Positions 25,501-38,370 of a stretch of DNA of 64,000 nucleotides are shown here, in pieces. Source of the stretch: Eledone cirrhosa (lineage: Eukaryota). Location: NCBI GenBank assembly GCA_964016885.1, contig OZ024740.1:152148001-152212000 (forward strand). Direction: 5' to 3'. A program made the translations under genes and the position numbers. Position 1 is the stretch's first letter; every line of letters begins with the position of its first letter. The notes under the pieces are model-generated. The model was not told the origin of the DNA. It was given only the letters and a program-made list of their open reading frames with translations, and searched no databases.

Positions 25501-28182
25501 GAGAGGCCTGGGTTCAGCCAGGTTTAAAATGTTCAAGACACACCATATATCAGGAGTTCTAAGATTCCAGCATGAGTTTAGGGGCCACATAGTTGGATAG
25601 CTGGACACTGAACATAAACTCCTATTCATCAGGCATGAATACTAAGGCACAGGCATACAATTCTCAGGAAGATTCTGGCTTGCCTTTGAACTACAATCTT
25701 TTCCAGCTCAGATAATTAGAGCAAAGTGTAATAATATGTCTTGCCACTGAGAATTAAACTCACAATGATCACGAGTCAAACACCATAACGACTAAACCAC
25801 ATGCCATAGGTTTCAAAGACAAAGTTAGGAGAGTAATCATCATGAGCTATGATAGTGATGTTTAACTTCAGGAAGTCCATCTTTGCAGCATTTTTTCCAT
25901 TTCATGTGTCAGCTTCATATAAATGTATCCCTATTGTCATGTATTTTCCAAGATCATCATTATTTAACTTCCATTTTCCACGCCAGCATGTGTTAGACGG
26001 GTTGTCCCGTTTGAGTCAAGTTGGGTCAGGTGACTGTGTCTTGCTAATACAGAACTGTTTCTGGCTTGGTTTCTACAGCTGGATGCCCTTCCTAATGCCA
26101 ACCACATTTACTGTGTGTGCTGGGTGCTTTTTGTTGTGACACCTACACGACCATTTTATTTTAATTTTTTGCATGTATTTAATTTCATTTTGATTTTGTT
26201 ATACAACAACACATACTTCAAGGCTATTTTCCCTGGTGAAATAGGAGTTAGCCTTGTGGACTTGATGACAATCTTCATACTAATTTATGATCCTTTTGGA
26301 AGCAATAAGATGCTGTTCCTAGCTCCAACCCTTTAGTCACTTTACGCCAGCTAGAAATACGGTATAGCTATTCTAAACAGAATATACACAACATAACCGA
26401 CTATCCCTTTACCTCAAATCACTGGCATTGTCTCTAAATCAAAAATCATTTGGAGCGTTTAAAAACTAAAATTATTTGTATTAAAAAAAAAAGAAAATTG
26501 TAATAAAGGGGCTTAACTCTAGCAAAACTTTATAATGTATGTAAGGGAGACAACTTAATAGAACACAGCAAAGAAACAAAAGAATGTGTATGACAGTGAA
26601 AACGTTTAAAATGTTGGTACTTACCTAAATAATAAGAAAAATCCATACATTTCTAAACACATGCCGATGACTGGCCATCCAATCAGTACAACCAATATAC
26701 CACTAACGAAGAAACCAGTTGCTTTCACTTTATGTCTTTGGAAGAAGAATCGAAAAGTTCGCTCCAGCCCAATGACACAACCTAAGCCAGAGATAAATAG
26801 TATCTAGAACAAATATAGAGAAGCATATATTTATTAGTAACCAATCATTAAGTAGATTATGTACGATGCATTAATATTTTTACCCTTTATTTTAGGTTAT
26901 AAGACACACTGATGTTTAACCCTTTAGCATTTAAACCAGCCTTACCCGGCCAGAATTCTCTCACCTCTTTCTGTTCAAACTGGCTGTAACCAGCCACTCA
27001 TACTGATGTTAAGGTATTGTCAAAATAAATATCAAACTCTCATAGATTTGACATTATGTGAGATAATTATGTGAGGTAAAGCCTTTACCGTGAAAATAGT
27101 AAATATAGAGTAATGTAAATGCTAAAGGGTTAAGGAAACAAATGTCTGTGGAATACACCATTTAAATTATATTTCAATGAGTCAAAGACAACTAAGATTT
27201 ATTTGTTTATATTTGTATTCAATAATATACTTACATTTCCAAATGCTAGCAGGCCTTTATCAAAAAAGAATAAAACTCCTAAGAAAAGAAACATTATTCC
27301 AAAGCCAGCAAGGCCGACTCCAATTTCTGGAAAACAAAAAAAATTATAAAACAAATAAATAAAATAGAAATAACTAAGAACAAATAAATTGCCCAAGTTT
27401 AGGGGAACAATTCTAGAAACATCTTAAGAGATCAAATGAAAGTGTTTAATTAGCAATAGCACTAACCCAGCATGTAAGAGCACTGTGTATACATATATAT
27501 CTATCTATCTAAGGCGGGTAAAATTCCCGAGATCCATGGACGAGTTCTCTCCAGCGGTCTCTGTCTCTCATTATCGCTGCCATGTCCTGCATCTCCAACA
27601 GACCAGTGTCTGTCCTTAGGGCATCAACATACGTTAACCTTGGTCTTCCTCTTCTAGTGTGTCCATGTATATATATACATAGTGTATTCTTAATGATATA
27701 TATATATATATATATATATATTGTTATACTTTGGGAGGGTCATGTTGCCAATAAGAAACACATGCACCAGTTGCTTTCACTCCAATTTATTATAAATTAA
27801 ATTTATAAATTTCCGGTTGGTTGGTTCTATAACCGGACAGTTGTTCATATATTGTCAAAGTTATTTCGTCACACATTCTGTGACCTCTTCAGTGACTGGG
27901 GATTCTTTTCTTTGTTTTGTCCTACGCCATCTTGTTTTTGTGTGTGTTGTGTGCTTAGTTTGCGCATGTGTTACATCCGGGTGTCTCTGTGTGTTTTCAT
28001 TTGTTTATTTATTTGTTTATTTACATGTTACTGGCTGGTTGTTTGTTCTATGTGTGTATGTGTTTAACAAAGTATAACAATATCGGTTTCAACACACGTT
28101 TTCAAATAAAGAATCTTGCTAAACAAATTCAGAAACGAAATATATATACGTATATATATATATATATATATACAGTTTTATT

Positions 28183-28224
<42 letters not shown>

Positions 28225-31200
28225 TATTCTTAATGATACAAAGGTAGCCGTGATGTGTTCACAGCGACAATCTATTTATCCTTTAAAACATTATCATATA
28301 GTTATGAATTCATATATACCTTTATTTGGCAGGTGGTTAAAAATTTTGAAATATTTTGAGATGGCAACTAAGCTTTATATCCTACTTCAATGTGTGTTAC
28401 CTCAGAATCAATAAATTAAGCAACCTCGTATTTAATTATGTTCTTTCACATTCCAAGTTCTAGTACAAATTCCACAGATGTTAATAAAATAAATACCAAT
28501 CAATTATATCGACTTCTCCCCACTCCAGGTGGTGAATTAGCAGAGTCTCATTAGAATGCAGCATTTGTTCTAGCTTTGTGCTTTGGATTCAAATCCCATC
28601 AAGGTCAACTTTGTCTTTCATGCTTTTGTGGTTGACAAATAAAGTACTAGTGGAGTACTGGTGTTGATTCTTCAACCATCTTTCTTAACTCTTTAACATT
28701 TATTCTCTCACCTCTTTCTGTTCAAACCAGCTGTAACCATACTCATACTGATGTTAAGGGTATTGTTCTCAAAATAAATAATATCAAAATCTTGTAGATT
28801 CAATATTTTGTGAGATAATCATGTGAGCATTTACTGTGAAAATACAACAGTAAATAAAGTGTAATGCAAATGTTAATGGGTTCATTACTTTTTTCTCTCA
28901 CTGACTTGCTCTCTCCTCTCAGAAAGAAATTGGCTGAGTAAGATCTGGAGAGTATGTCAAGAGAACATCCCTATGACGACATCCGAAGTCGAGAGGCTAT
29001 GGATTGATAGATTCCCTATCTAATGTATTGCCTTTTGTCTGTGTTAGAAATTGTTATTGTAATGCCAATCGTTGAAGTTGAAGCTCTCTTTTATTATGGC
29101 TGATCCAGTAGTCAGTTACTCAGAGGTTCCACTAAGCACTACAAGTTCCTCTTAACTGTCTGAGAAACCTGCAGTACACAGAGGAAACTCCAGAGTAATA
29201 CACTAACACACATACTATAAATATATAATCACTTTTTTAGTCTTTTAATGTGAGATGCCCTTACTGATGCCAATCCTTTTCATTGCTGTTATATGTAGGG
29301 ATACAGTATGCCTAGTCTTAGAGCCATACACACCATCCGTGTGCAGGTTCAACGATAAAATGTACCCAGTACAATCTCTGAAATGGTTGGTGTTAGGAAG
29401 GGCTTCCTGCCATAGAAACCATGCCAAGACTAGAATGTAAGAAAGCATGATGTGTGCTCCTGGCCTATCGGTGAGAGGAAAGTAATTCCAATTAAATAAT
29501 GGGTTTGTCAGTGATGGTCAGTCCAACCCGTGCAAGCACAGAACAACAGATCTTTAATGACTTCAGTGATGACGACATATATACATACATACATACATAC
29601 ATATTATATGTATATATATATATACATACATACAAATATATATATATGTGTCCTGTAAAGTCGTCGAGTGAGTAGGAAGATTCAACTAGCACAAACTTAG
29701 TTTGTCTAGTTCAATACATTTATATCAATTCTCCTATGTAACAGATATACCTCTGACCGTAAGTTGAATGTTTCTGTATTTCTTATATATTCTATATATA
29801 TCATGTATATTTAATGTATTTTTAATATTAATTCAATGTATTATGCATTTCCAACTGTTATTTTCTCTATATTCAAAGTGGAGAGCTTTTTGGCTCTACT
29901 TTCAAATTCTTTGAAATATAACTGGCTAATTACGTGATTGGTTCTATATCTTTTGGAGACCACATGTTGACAATGGCAGGCAAGAACTGCTACTACATCA
30001 CTAGTAGACCCTAGCGATAGAACACAAAGGATTGCTCCCCATTGACAAATCTCTATGTTAATCCTGGTCGCATCCATTCCTTCCAGATGATTCTGGATTT
30101 AATGCGTGGCTTCTGTGTACTGGGAGCAAATATTGGACAGGATACAGAGAAGAAACCATTGATTTCATTTGGACAGAGCTAATTGTTTAATACCCGCACA
30201 TTATCCCGAACTTACCACTAATAACTAAATGTGTGTGCTCTGAATTACGAACTGGCACTTCGGCAATGCAAGTCCCGTGAAATCGAGTGAGTGGGAAGAT
30301 TCAACATCATCATCATCATCATCATCAACGTTTAACGTCCGTGTTCCACGCTTGCATGGGTTTGGACGGGGGTAGTCCCACTTGAGGCAAGAGTGATTGT
30401 CTTGCTCGCATAGGACTGTCTGGCAGGTTTTCTACAGTTGGATGCCCTTCCTAACACCAACCACATTTACAGTGTGGGTCTGGGAGGTTTTTACCATGTT
30501 GCCTACACGGCCACATTACAGCGTGGACTGTGTGTTTTTTTGTCGTGACACCTACACGATCTCATTTGTTTCGGCCTGGATGACGCGGCACCAACATAAC
30601 TTTACATAGAACGGGGTGGTGTGGATGGGGTGGGGTGGGGGGGGGGGGGGTATTTTGTTAGAGATGCCTACTGGCAAGGCGGGTCTTCTCTGTTACTGAG
30701 TACCGTCAACATACTTGCACAAATTCAGTTTGTCTAGTTTGATATGCTTTATATATATATATTCACACACACTTATGCATACACATGACAAGCAACATGT
30801 GGCATTAAAATAAATTTTAAACTAAGTACAGAAGGCATAAGCATCTCTATTACAATATATGAAAATTAAGCCAAAATATAATAGAATGTGTGTGCGTGTG
30901 TGGGGGGTGGAGTGTGTGGGGTGTGTGTGTGTGTGTGGGGGGGGGTATATATATATATCGTTATTTTACATCCATTTCTATGTTGGCATGTGTTAGACAA
31001 TGTATAATGATGAAATGCGAGTGCATGTATCAGTTGTTGCATATACTCAAAAAATCCCTGATTAAGCAAACCTATGGTCAATGGCATTCCAGCCATGATG
31101 TTCCTGTCTTTTATTCAGAGTGTAACACAGGATACACTAACTAAAGTGACATTTTTGAAAGAATGTAGAGTGTGATAAAAGAAAGATTTAGCTGCTTTTT

Positions 31201-33506
31201 CTTTTAGTGGGTTGAAATACTACATAGACTGTTTAGTTCCTTGTAAATATGGAATGTGTAATTTTGCTGATATAGCAAAAGCCATGCAGTCAAGTGATGA
31301 TGTTAGCAGTTAATGAAAACTTTCTCAGTGAGAGAGAGGAGTGATGGAGGTGGAAGGGAGAGATGAATTACCAAAAGGAAGTGAAAGGGAGGAAAGTATA
31401 GGAAGGATATAAAGAGGATGGATAGAAGAGTGAGAAAGAAGGCAAGGGAGAATGTGATGGGAAAGAGGATTCAAAAATAGAGATAGACAGAAGAAAGGAA
31501 GTGAAGAGAAATATGGATATATATATATATATATATATATGAGAGAAACAGATTAGGTTATATATAATTGTTTCTACTTTTGGCACAAGGCCAGCAATTA
31601 CTCCAGTGCATTACTGGTGCTTTATTTTATTGACCCCGTAAGGATTAAAGGCAAAGCTAACCTAGGCGGGATTTGAACGCAGAACGTAAAGGGCCATAAC
31701 TATGCTGCAAAGCATAGTGTTTGACGCTCTTGCCAATCCACTGCCCTTGGGTTATATTTAATCTTAATTAATTACCACATGAGCACTAATTATATACAAA
31801 ATTAATAAGTCCATTTCAGAATAAAACTAAGAGTGAATGGCTATAAATACCCATCAAATACATGTTTCCTTATGGTTGATTGAATGAAAAACATGACATA
31901 CATGAGGATCCAATTAGATCCAGAAATATACAGGGAAATTAGTATTTTCTGTTACGTTGACATGCACTACATATTAGATATGTGTATATACACATTGGTG
32001 CACTCTCAGTTACACACACTGTATTAATACAGATACAACTTTATTATTATATATATATATATATATAACGGTGGATTGGCAGTATCGGTAGAGGGTCAGA
32101 CGCCATGCTTTGCAGCACAGTTACGTCCCTTTACGGACTGAGTTCAAATCCCGCCGAGGTTAACTTTGCCTTTCATCCTTACGGGGTTGATAAAATAAAG
32201 TACCAGTAATACACTGGGATAATTGCCGGCCTTGTGCCAAAAAGTAGAAACAATTATTATATATATATATATATATATAGGTGTCACGGCAAAAAGCGCG
32301 CAGTCCACACTGTAAAGTGGTCGTGTAGGTGTCATGATGAAAAGCAGCCAGTCCACACTGGTAAAGTGGTCGCGTTGGCGACATAACAAAAAGCGCCCAG
32401 CCTACACTGTAAAATGGTCATGTAGGTGTCATGACAATAAGTTCCCAGCACACACTGTAAATGTGGTTGGCATTAGGAAGGGCATCCAGCTGTACAAAAC
32501 AAGTCAAAATCAGCTCCATGTGTGCGAATCAAGGTCCTGTGACCTGATCTCTTACAAAGGGACTGCCCGTCCTACCCATGCTAGTGTGGAAAATGGACAT
32601 TAAACGATGATGATGATATATAAAACTGGTGACATCCCATAATACAAGGAACTCACCTTTCCACACAAGTGGAATGAATACAGCAGAAACAGGATGGCTA
32701 ACCCATTTACCTCTCTACCACCCTGAACACGAACAAGTAGAGAGGTGTTACATCTCTCAAGTCTCATCTCCCATTCACTAGTATACTCCTGAAATCCCTG
32801 CCAGCATGCACTTGACCCCGCTTCTCCACTCTAAACACAAAGAAGTAGAGTAAAGAAACAACTCTCAGGTTCTCACCTGCCAATATACTCTTGACTGTTT
32901 TGCCCAACCCATGCTAGCATAAACATCTAGAAGGAACCATGATTGATTCATTTTCCTTGCAGAACCAACCCTTGCACCTCCAACACTTTCCCAACTCAGA
33001 AAAGAACCCCCCCTCCAATGATGGACACCACCTAACCACATGCACAAAGCAGTATACAAATGCCCTCCTTATAGACCACCAAAGAACGATAGGGCCCCAC
33101 CACAGCGTTCACCCCACTTCCAGCAATGAAATGATGGATCCCAGCCCCCACGCCACACACATGACCAAGTACATTAAGAACTTTAGTACTGTAAGGAAAT
33201 AGTTCTGGTATCACTACAAAAGCACGCAGTCCATCCTGTAACATGGTAGTTTCAGAGTCACAATAAACTACTCCCAGTACACTCTAGTGGTTGGTGTTAG
33301 AAAGGGCATCAAGACATAGAAACCATTCTCCCAGGACATGCTGTAAAATGGTTGGCATTATGTAGGGCATCCAACCATAGAAACCAAGCCAAAACAAAGC
33401 ATATGACCAGGACCTTGTCACCTGACCAGTCTGGCCTCAAAATGTAACAGTGGTACAACTCATGCAATCATAGAAAATAGATGTTAAATGGTGCTAAAAT
33501 ATATAT

Positions 33507-33570
<64 letters not shown>

Positions 33571-35793
33571 TAGAGAAAATGGTATGATGTATAAGAGATG
33601 AAAGGTCCAATTGGGACTTTAAACCTAAAGGTTCTGCCACAGAATGTTAACTTTCTACACAGTTTATATCTTTACTTTGTTCCACTTGCAATAATAAACA
33701 ATAACCTAGTTTTTCATTAGAGCTAAATTACCATTTTTTTCTCATCTCCCACACCACTCTATCTCTACATACTTCAGACATAAGGCAGTGGTTCTCACTA
33801 AAAATACTCCGAAAACTGTCATCTATACCTACACTCCCAATAGTCGTCCTTCTGTGTGTGTGTGTGTGTGTGCGCGCGCGTTTATACTATAACTGTATCT
33901 ACGTTTCTGTGTATTTATATCTATCAGTTTTTGCTTAAACCCTGGTCAACCCTGAATAAGCAAACCTATAATCAGAGGCATTCCAACCAAGACCATCCTG
34001 TCTTTTATTTAGACAGAGTGTAACTCAAGATATACTATCCAATGTGGTTTTTTTTTAAGGCTGTATGGTGTGATAAAAGAGAGATTTAGCTATTTTTAGC
34101 AGTCAATGTGAGTGTATATTTATGAAAAATGTTTTTGTGTTGTGGTTGATTTGGGATTCCAGGGTGAAAATAGTACTAGTCAAGTACTGTACTTGATTAA
34201 ATCGACTAAACACCCTATCACAAGACATTTGCATTCTGCCTATATTAGAAATTATTGTTAAATAATAAATGTTTTATGGCATTTAGCACCCTAGCTTTAT
34301 CTCTACAGTGTTTTCCCAAATAAAATAATTTCAACTTGCAGTTTGATAAGCCGTCAAACATTAGGTTAGGTCTTGTCAGTTCTTGCTCTGACCACACTAA
34401 GAAAATTACTAAGCCTACATTTTCTACTACACAGTCCACACTCACCCATGCCAAATCATGTTACAGGTGACAGAACAAAATGCCACACAACCCTCTTCAC
34501 TGCTTTGGATATTTCCACAAAGATGTTTAGTGATTTATTTATTGATCGCATGAATTATGTATTTAATTTTATCATTTCAAATACAAATGTTTGAAATGAT
34601 TAGGCACATTTGACATCAGTTCGAATCCTGTCAAAGACAACTTTGCATTTCATTTTCTTTGGGTCAATAAAATACAGTACCAGTCAAATACTAGGGTCAA
34701 TATAATCAACTATGCCCCTCAGTCAAATCTGGAGTCTTGTGCCGTGTAGTCTCAAAGTTTGGACACAATCGGCCACTTCCTGGACGCCAGCCAAATCGTA
34801 ATGTAGGTATAGTGGTTGTGCATGAACCAGACTCTGTGTATGTTAAGACAGGCCTGGCCTTCTGTCTATTTTAGAAATTATCATTATCATTATTCAACAT
34901 GCTTCGAAGAATAGAGTTACGGCCCTTTGCGTTCTGAGTTCAAATCCCACCGAAGTTAGTTTTGCCTTTCATTTTTAGGGGGTCGATAAATAAAGCACCA
35001 GTAATGCTTTTCGATTTTCCCTTCACCAAAATTGCTGGCCTTGTGCATAAAGTAGAAACAATTATTATTATTATTACGTAAATCGAAACCATTTCCCTTT
35101 CATTTACGTTGCTAATGAAATGAAATTTACAACTTAGACTTGTGTAGGTTTAGCTGGCCTCCTACAGGGTTTTATCTCATAGTTGGTTTCTCAAGTGTTT
35201 TAATGATGAAGGTCCCACCCCCAGTCCTATCGTGAAAAACAGCGTGAAATAAAGCGACTTGCTCGGTCCAGGAGTCGAACCCACAAACGTATGATTGTGA
35301 GTGCAACACCCTAACCACTAGTCTATGTACTAAAGAAAGCATCAACGTCACAACTTGCCATTTTCGTCCTCTTCTAAAAAATAATAGAGTTAAATCCTAT
35401 TTTTTTTTTTTTTTTAATGTTAATAACATTTAATTAGAGAAAAGTGAAATGAAAGTGATGTGTAGTAATGAAAATAGGTTATTGCTGCTTAGCCTCAAGT
35501 CGGGCCTCTCTGAACGAACCGCAGGTACTCCTGTTGTAACCATCGATCGATCTTTCTCTTCTTTCCTTTTTCTTGGCATGCTGTGACGTGAACTACATTG
35601 TTTTCCTTTTTTCCAAAAGACATGAGGCAGTTGAGGGGGAGGGGGGAGTTGGCTACTATTTCTAACATGTTATGAAAAATTGTTAGAAATATCAATTAGA
35701 ATTTGCTGACCAAATGTAAAGGACGAGAGAGAGAGAGAGAGAGAGAGAGGGTTAATGGGTTTACTTACTTTGACAATCTGTTACTTCCATCAT
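22473..35793 (-). CDS. GOLT1B: Vesicle transport protein GOT1 (GOLT1B-like), complete 5-exon CDS, 138 aa; join(35793..35769,27326..27235,26803..26625,24343..24262,22511..22473)
   Basis: Spliced translation MMEVTDCQKIGVGLAGFGIMFLFLGVLFFFDKGLLAFGNILFISGLGCVIGLERTFRFFFQRHKVKATGFFVSGILVVLIGWPVIGMCLEMYGFFLLFSGFFPVAVNFLRRVPIIGTVLNLPGISSVVNRLGESNSMV*. Got1 family motifs present (QKIGxGL, FFDKxLLAxGN, IGLERTFRFFFQ, GWPxIG, GFFPV, RRVP, LNLPGI). All four introns are GTAAG..AG with consistent phases; total 417 nt. Confidence 0.97.
24262..24343 (-). CDS. GOLT1B: GOT1 coding exon 4 (82 nt)
   Basis: taatacag|TGGTTTCTTC...AGTTCT|gtaagt; encodes GFFPVAVNFLRRVPIIGTVLNLPGISS. Confidence 0.96.
26625..26803 (-). 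CDS. GOLT1B: GOT1 coding exon 3 (179 nt)
   Basis: ttctag|ATACTATTT...TTATTTAG|gtaagt; encodes ILFISGLGCVIGLERTFRFFFQRHKVKATGFF...YGFFLLF. Confidence 0.97.
27235..27326 (-). CDS. GOLT1B: GOT1 coding exon 2 (92 nt)
   Basis: ttttccag|AAATTGGAGTC...GGAAAT|gtaagt; encodes IGVGLAGFGIMFLFLGVLFFFDKGLLAFGN (visible in ORF 27199..27396). Confidence 0.97.
30305..30710 (-). mobile_element. SINE/LINE-tail family ending in (GAT)n; copies ~9525-9720, 25955-26150, 29340-29575, 32280-32617, 33290-33490
   Basis: (CAT)n-TTTAACGTCCG..CCACGCTTGCATGGG..GGATGCCCTTCCTAACACCAACCAC; TCAACAT repeated at both ends. Confidence 0.7.
31565..31747 (-). mobile_element. tRNA-derived SINE (same family)
   Basis: Near full-length match to the 11620 and 52339 copies. 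Confidence 0.9.
32069..32258 (+). mobile_element. tRNA-derived SINE (same family)
   Basis: CGGTGGATTGGCAGTATCGGTAG..GAGTTCAAATCCCGCCGAGG..GTAGAAACAATTAT. Confidence 0.9.
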
Positions 35794-35820
35794 CTTGAAA
35801 CCTAGGTATGTGTGCTGATG
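35769..35820 (-). CDS. GOLT1B: GOT1 first coding exon (ATG at 35793, MMEVTDCQ-K) plus short 5'UTR part
   Basis: Minus strand tttgtag|catcagcacacatacctaggtttcaagATGATGGAAGTAACAGATTGTCAAA|gtaagt; 25 coding nt, phase 1 fits next exon. Confidence 0.9.
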
Positions 35821-36559
35821 CTACAAATAATTAAGTTATGATGTGGATAATAATAAATAATAACTACTGTTTTAAAATGAGAATTATGAAGTTCGTTGTC
35901 TTATTTTATAGCGTGGACATACACACACAAACCAGTATCGAAGGATGAGAAAAATATTGAAGGGTCTTGCGGGGATGACTAATTCGAAACGGAAATTAGT
36001 TCAAAAGGGAGATTGTCGTATTTCACATACACCTGACGCATTATTTTTCTATATTTTGCTCTCTTTTTTCTATGTATCGAATAATATACCAGCCTTTAAA
36101 TGATGTTCAAACACTTAGCATATGATATTTGAAACAAAAATAACTAAAATAAAAAAAATTGTGACACAGGCGAACACAAATGGTCAGTCTTCAGTAACGC
36201 GACACTGTTAACAAAAGTAAACTATATAATCTTGTTTTCTTCTTTTAGTTCAAGTCAAGTATGTTATAATGGTGAAGGGGATAACGACATTTGATAATTT
36301 TTTGCTTCGTTTTTTTCTATATAGAAAAATATTATTATTATTCACAGTTTGTTGTTGATGTTATTGTTGCTGGCAGTGTTTGATATCAAATTCCTTAGGT
36401 TCAATATCAGACGTCTCTGTATGTTTAATCCCTCCACGCCAGTTCAAATAGTGGGACGACATAAACATAAGAGATTACAAACTGAAGAGAGAATGATTTG
36501 ACAGCCCAAATGTTAAAGTGTCGGCTCTTTAGGTTGTGATTCGTGTGTGTGTGTGTTGT

Positions 36560-36730
36560 TGTTTGTAAGAGCGGCCGGTGTAACACACTATAAGTTAAAG
36601 TGGTAAACGAAAACGAACCGACAACAACGGCTTCTGATACAAGTAGCTTACGTGGAAACTCATGCGTGTCAAGGGAAGTAACAACTTCCGGAAGAGGTGC
36701 ACTTATCTCCCTTGGAAGTTAGCATCGGTA
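36560..36730 (-). promoter_or_regulatory. Probable GOT1 promoter and non-coding first exon
   Basis: Locally CpG-richer segment; minus-strand donor ccac|gtaagct at 36651; palindromic ETS-type site CTTCCGGAAG at 36685-36694; downstream acceptor at 35821 needs an upstream exon. Confidence 0.6.
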
Positions 36731-37602
36731 TTTTATAACATGCTCAATTTTTAAATAATGAGTAAATTTCTTCGTTGCTCGACCTGCGAGGACAATAGAT
36801 CTCTGTTGGTTTCGATGATGATTGTTCAGTTGTTCGATTAACTTGACTAAACACTCATTGGACTAAAGTCTAAATGGTTGAGTATTCGACTGACACTTGT
36901 ACCCTCTTAATGTAGTTGTTGGAATCAGGTTAGACCTTAGGAACTACAGATACTTATTTCTACTTTTGGCACAAGGCCAGCAATTATCCCAGTGTATACT
37001 GGTACTTTATTTTATCGACCCCGTAAGGATGAAAGGTAAAGTTAACCTCGCTACAGATACTGTTCATCCAACGGACTTCAAACAGTACCTATCTATCCAG
37101 TTTCACAAACAATGCTTGGCTCGAATTAGGGTTATTAAAAGATACTTGTTCAAGATAATATACAGTTGAACCGAACATGGGACCTCATCACTGCGAAGCG
37201 AACGTCTAAATCGTTTGGTCACCCGACTAGAAATGTATAAGGGGAAAATGTGGTTACGGCTAAAATGCCTTTGATCATGTATGTAGTTAACCCCTAATGT
37301 GTGAGGTGCGGCCGATTATCGCACTTCGTGGTGAATCCCCCCTCTTTTTTTCTTTCCTTTATCATTACTGTTCGATGAATTTATATTATATTTCTCAAAA
37401 TTCTATTCAGTTCTTATCCTACCTACGAGACGCCCTTACGTAGTCGTTTAAGAGTTAGTAAAGTAGAAAACTGAAACGTAAACCACAGTGCCTGTTTATC
37501 TATTTCACGTATACTGGCATTTAAAACCCTCACTTCAGTATACATATATATATATATCATTGATATTAATAACTGGAAACTATATTTATAAAACCATATT
37601 TA

Positions 37603-37660
37603 TTTTATTATATATATTTCAAGGGTACCAAAAACTTTGATACGCTCTCATCAGATAAAA
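37603..37660 (-). ncRNA. Minimal type I hammerhead ribozyme motif, core intact
   Basis: Minus strand TTTTAT-CTGATGA-GAGCGTATCAAAGTTTTTGGTACCCTT-GAAA-TATATA-TA-ATAAAA: 6-bp stem I, ~11-bp stem II, palindromic stem III, AUA triplet. Confidence 0.7.
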
Positions 37661-37885
37661 TACAAAATTTGTTTTATAAATACTGACATACCCCAGAAAC
37701 CAGACCTTATAGGTTCAGGTTCCGTTTGGTACCCTTGAAATATATATAATAAAATAAATATGGTTTTATAAATATAATTTCCATTTATTAATATCATTGA
37801 TATTATACTCCAGGTAACTTGTTGAGTGCTTCGAATCTGTTATAATTAAATTTGTTGAATTACCAACAAATAAAATATCTCTTTG

Positions 37886-37973
<88 letters not shown>

Positions 37974-38255
37974 CAAGAAACGTAGCGGGCTGTGTGGTTA
38001 CTGTAAACAAAGTGTAAGATAGTAATATGGACGTAAACAAGAGAAGAAACTCTTCATCGGCTGTTGACTGAGATTTTTTCCTCTTTCTTCCTCTCTCTTC
38101 ACTATTTTTTCTTTTCTTTCCTTCATTGCCTTTTGATAGATAAAAGGCCTTGGGCGCGCTGCTGATCGATTTCGATGTCCTGTTTTAAGCGCCGAAACAT
38201 CTATGATCGCAGTTAACAGCTGATGAAGGGTTTCTTCTCTCGTTTACGTCCATAT

Positions 38256-38289
<34 letters not shown>

Positions 38290-38370
38290 TGATCAGTCAG
38301 TCTGCTAATATGCAAATCAAGCGATCAGTCACTGTATATTTCAGAAAATATCATATATTTTCACTAGACA

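Noticed and set aside
38170-38260. Hammerhead parts (GATGTC, GAAACATC, AACAG-CTGATGA)
   Set aside because: Elements are not in a valid topological order and the sequence is truncated by (TA)n
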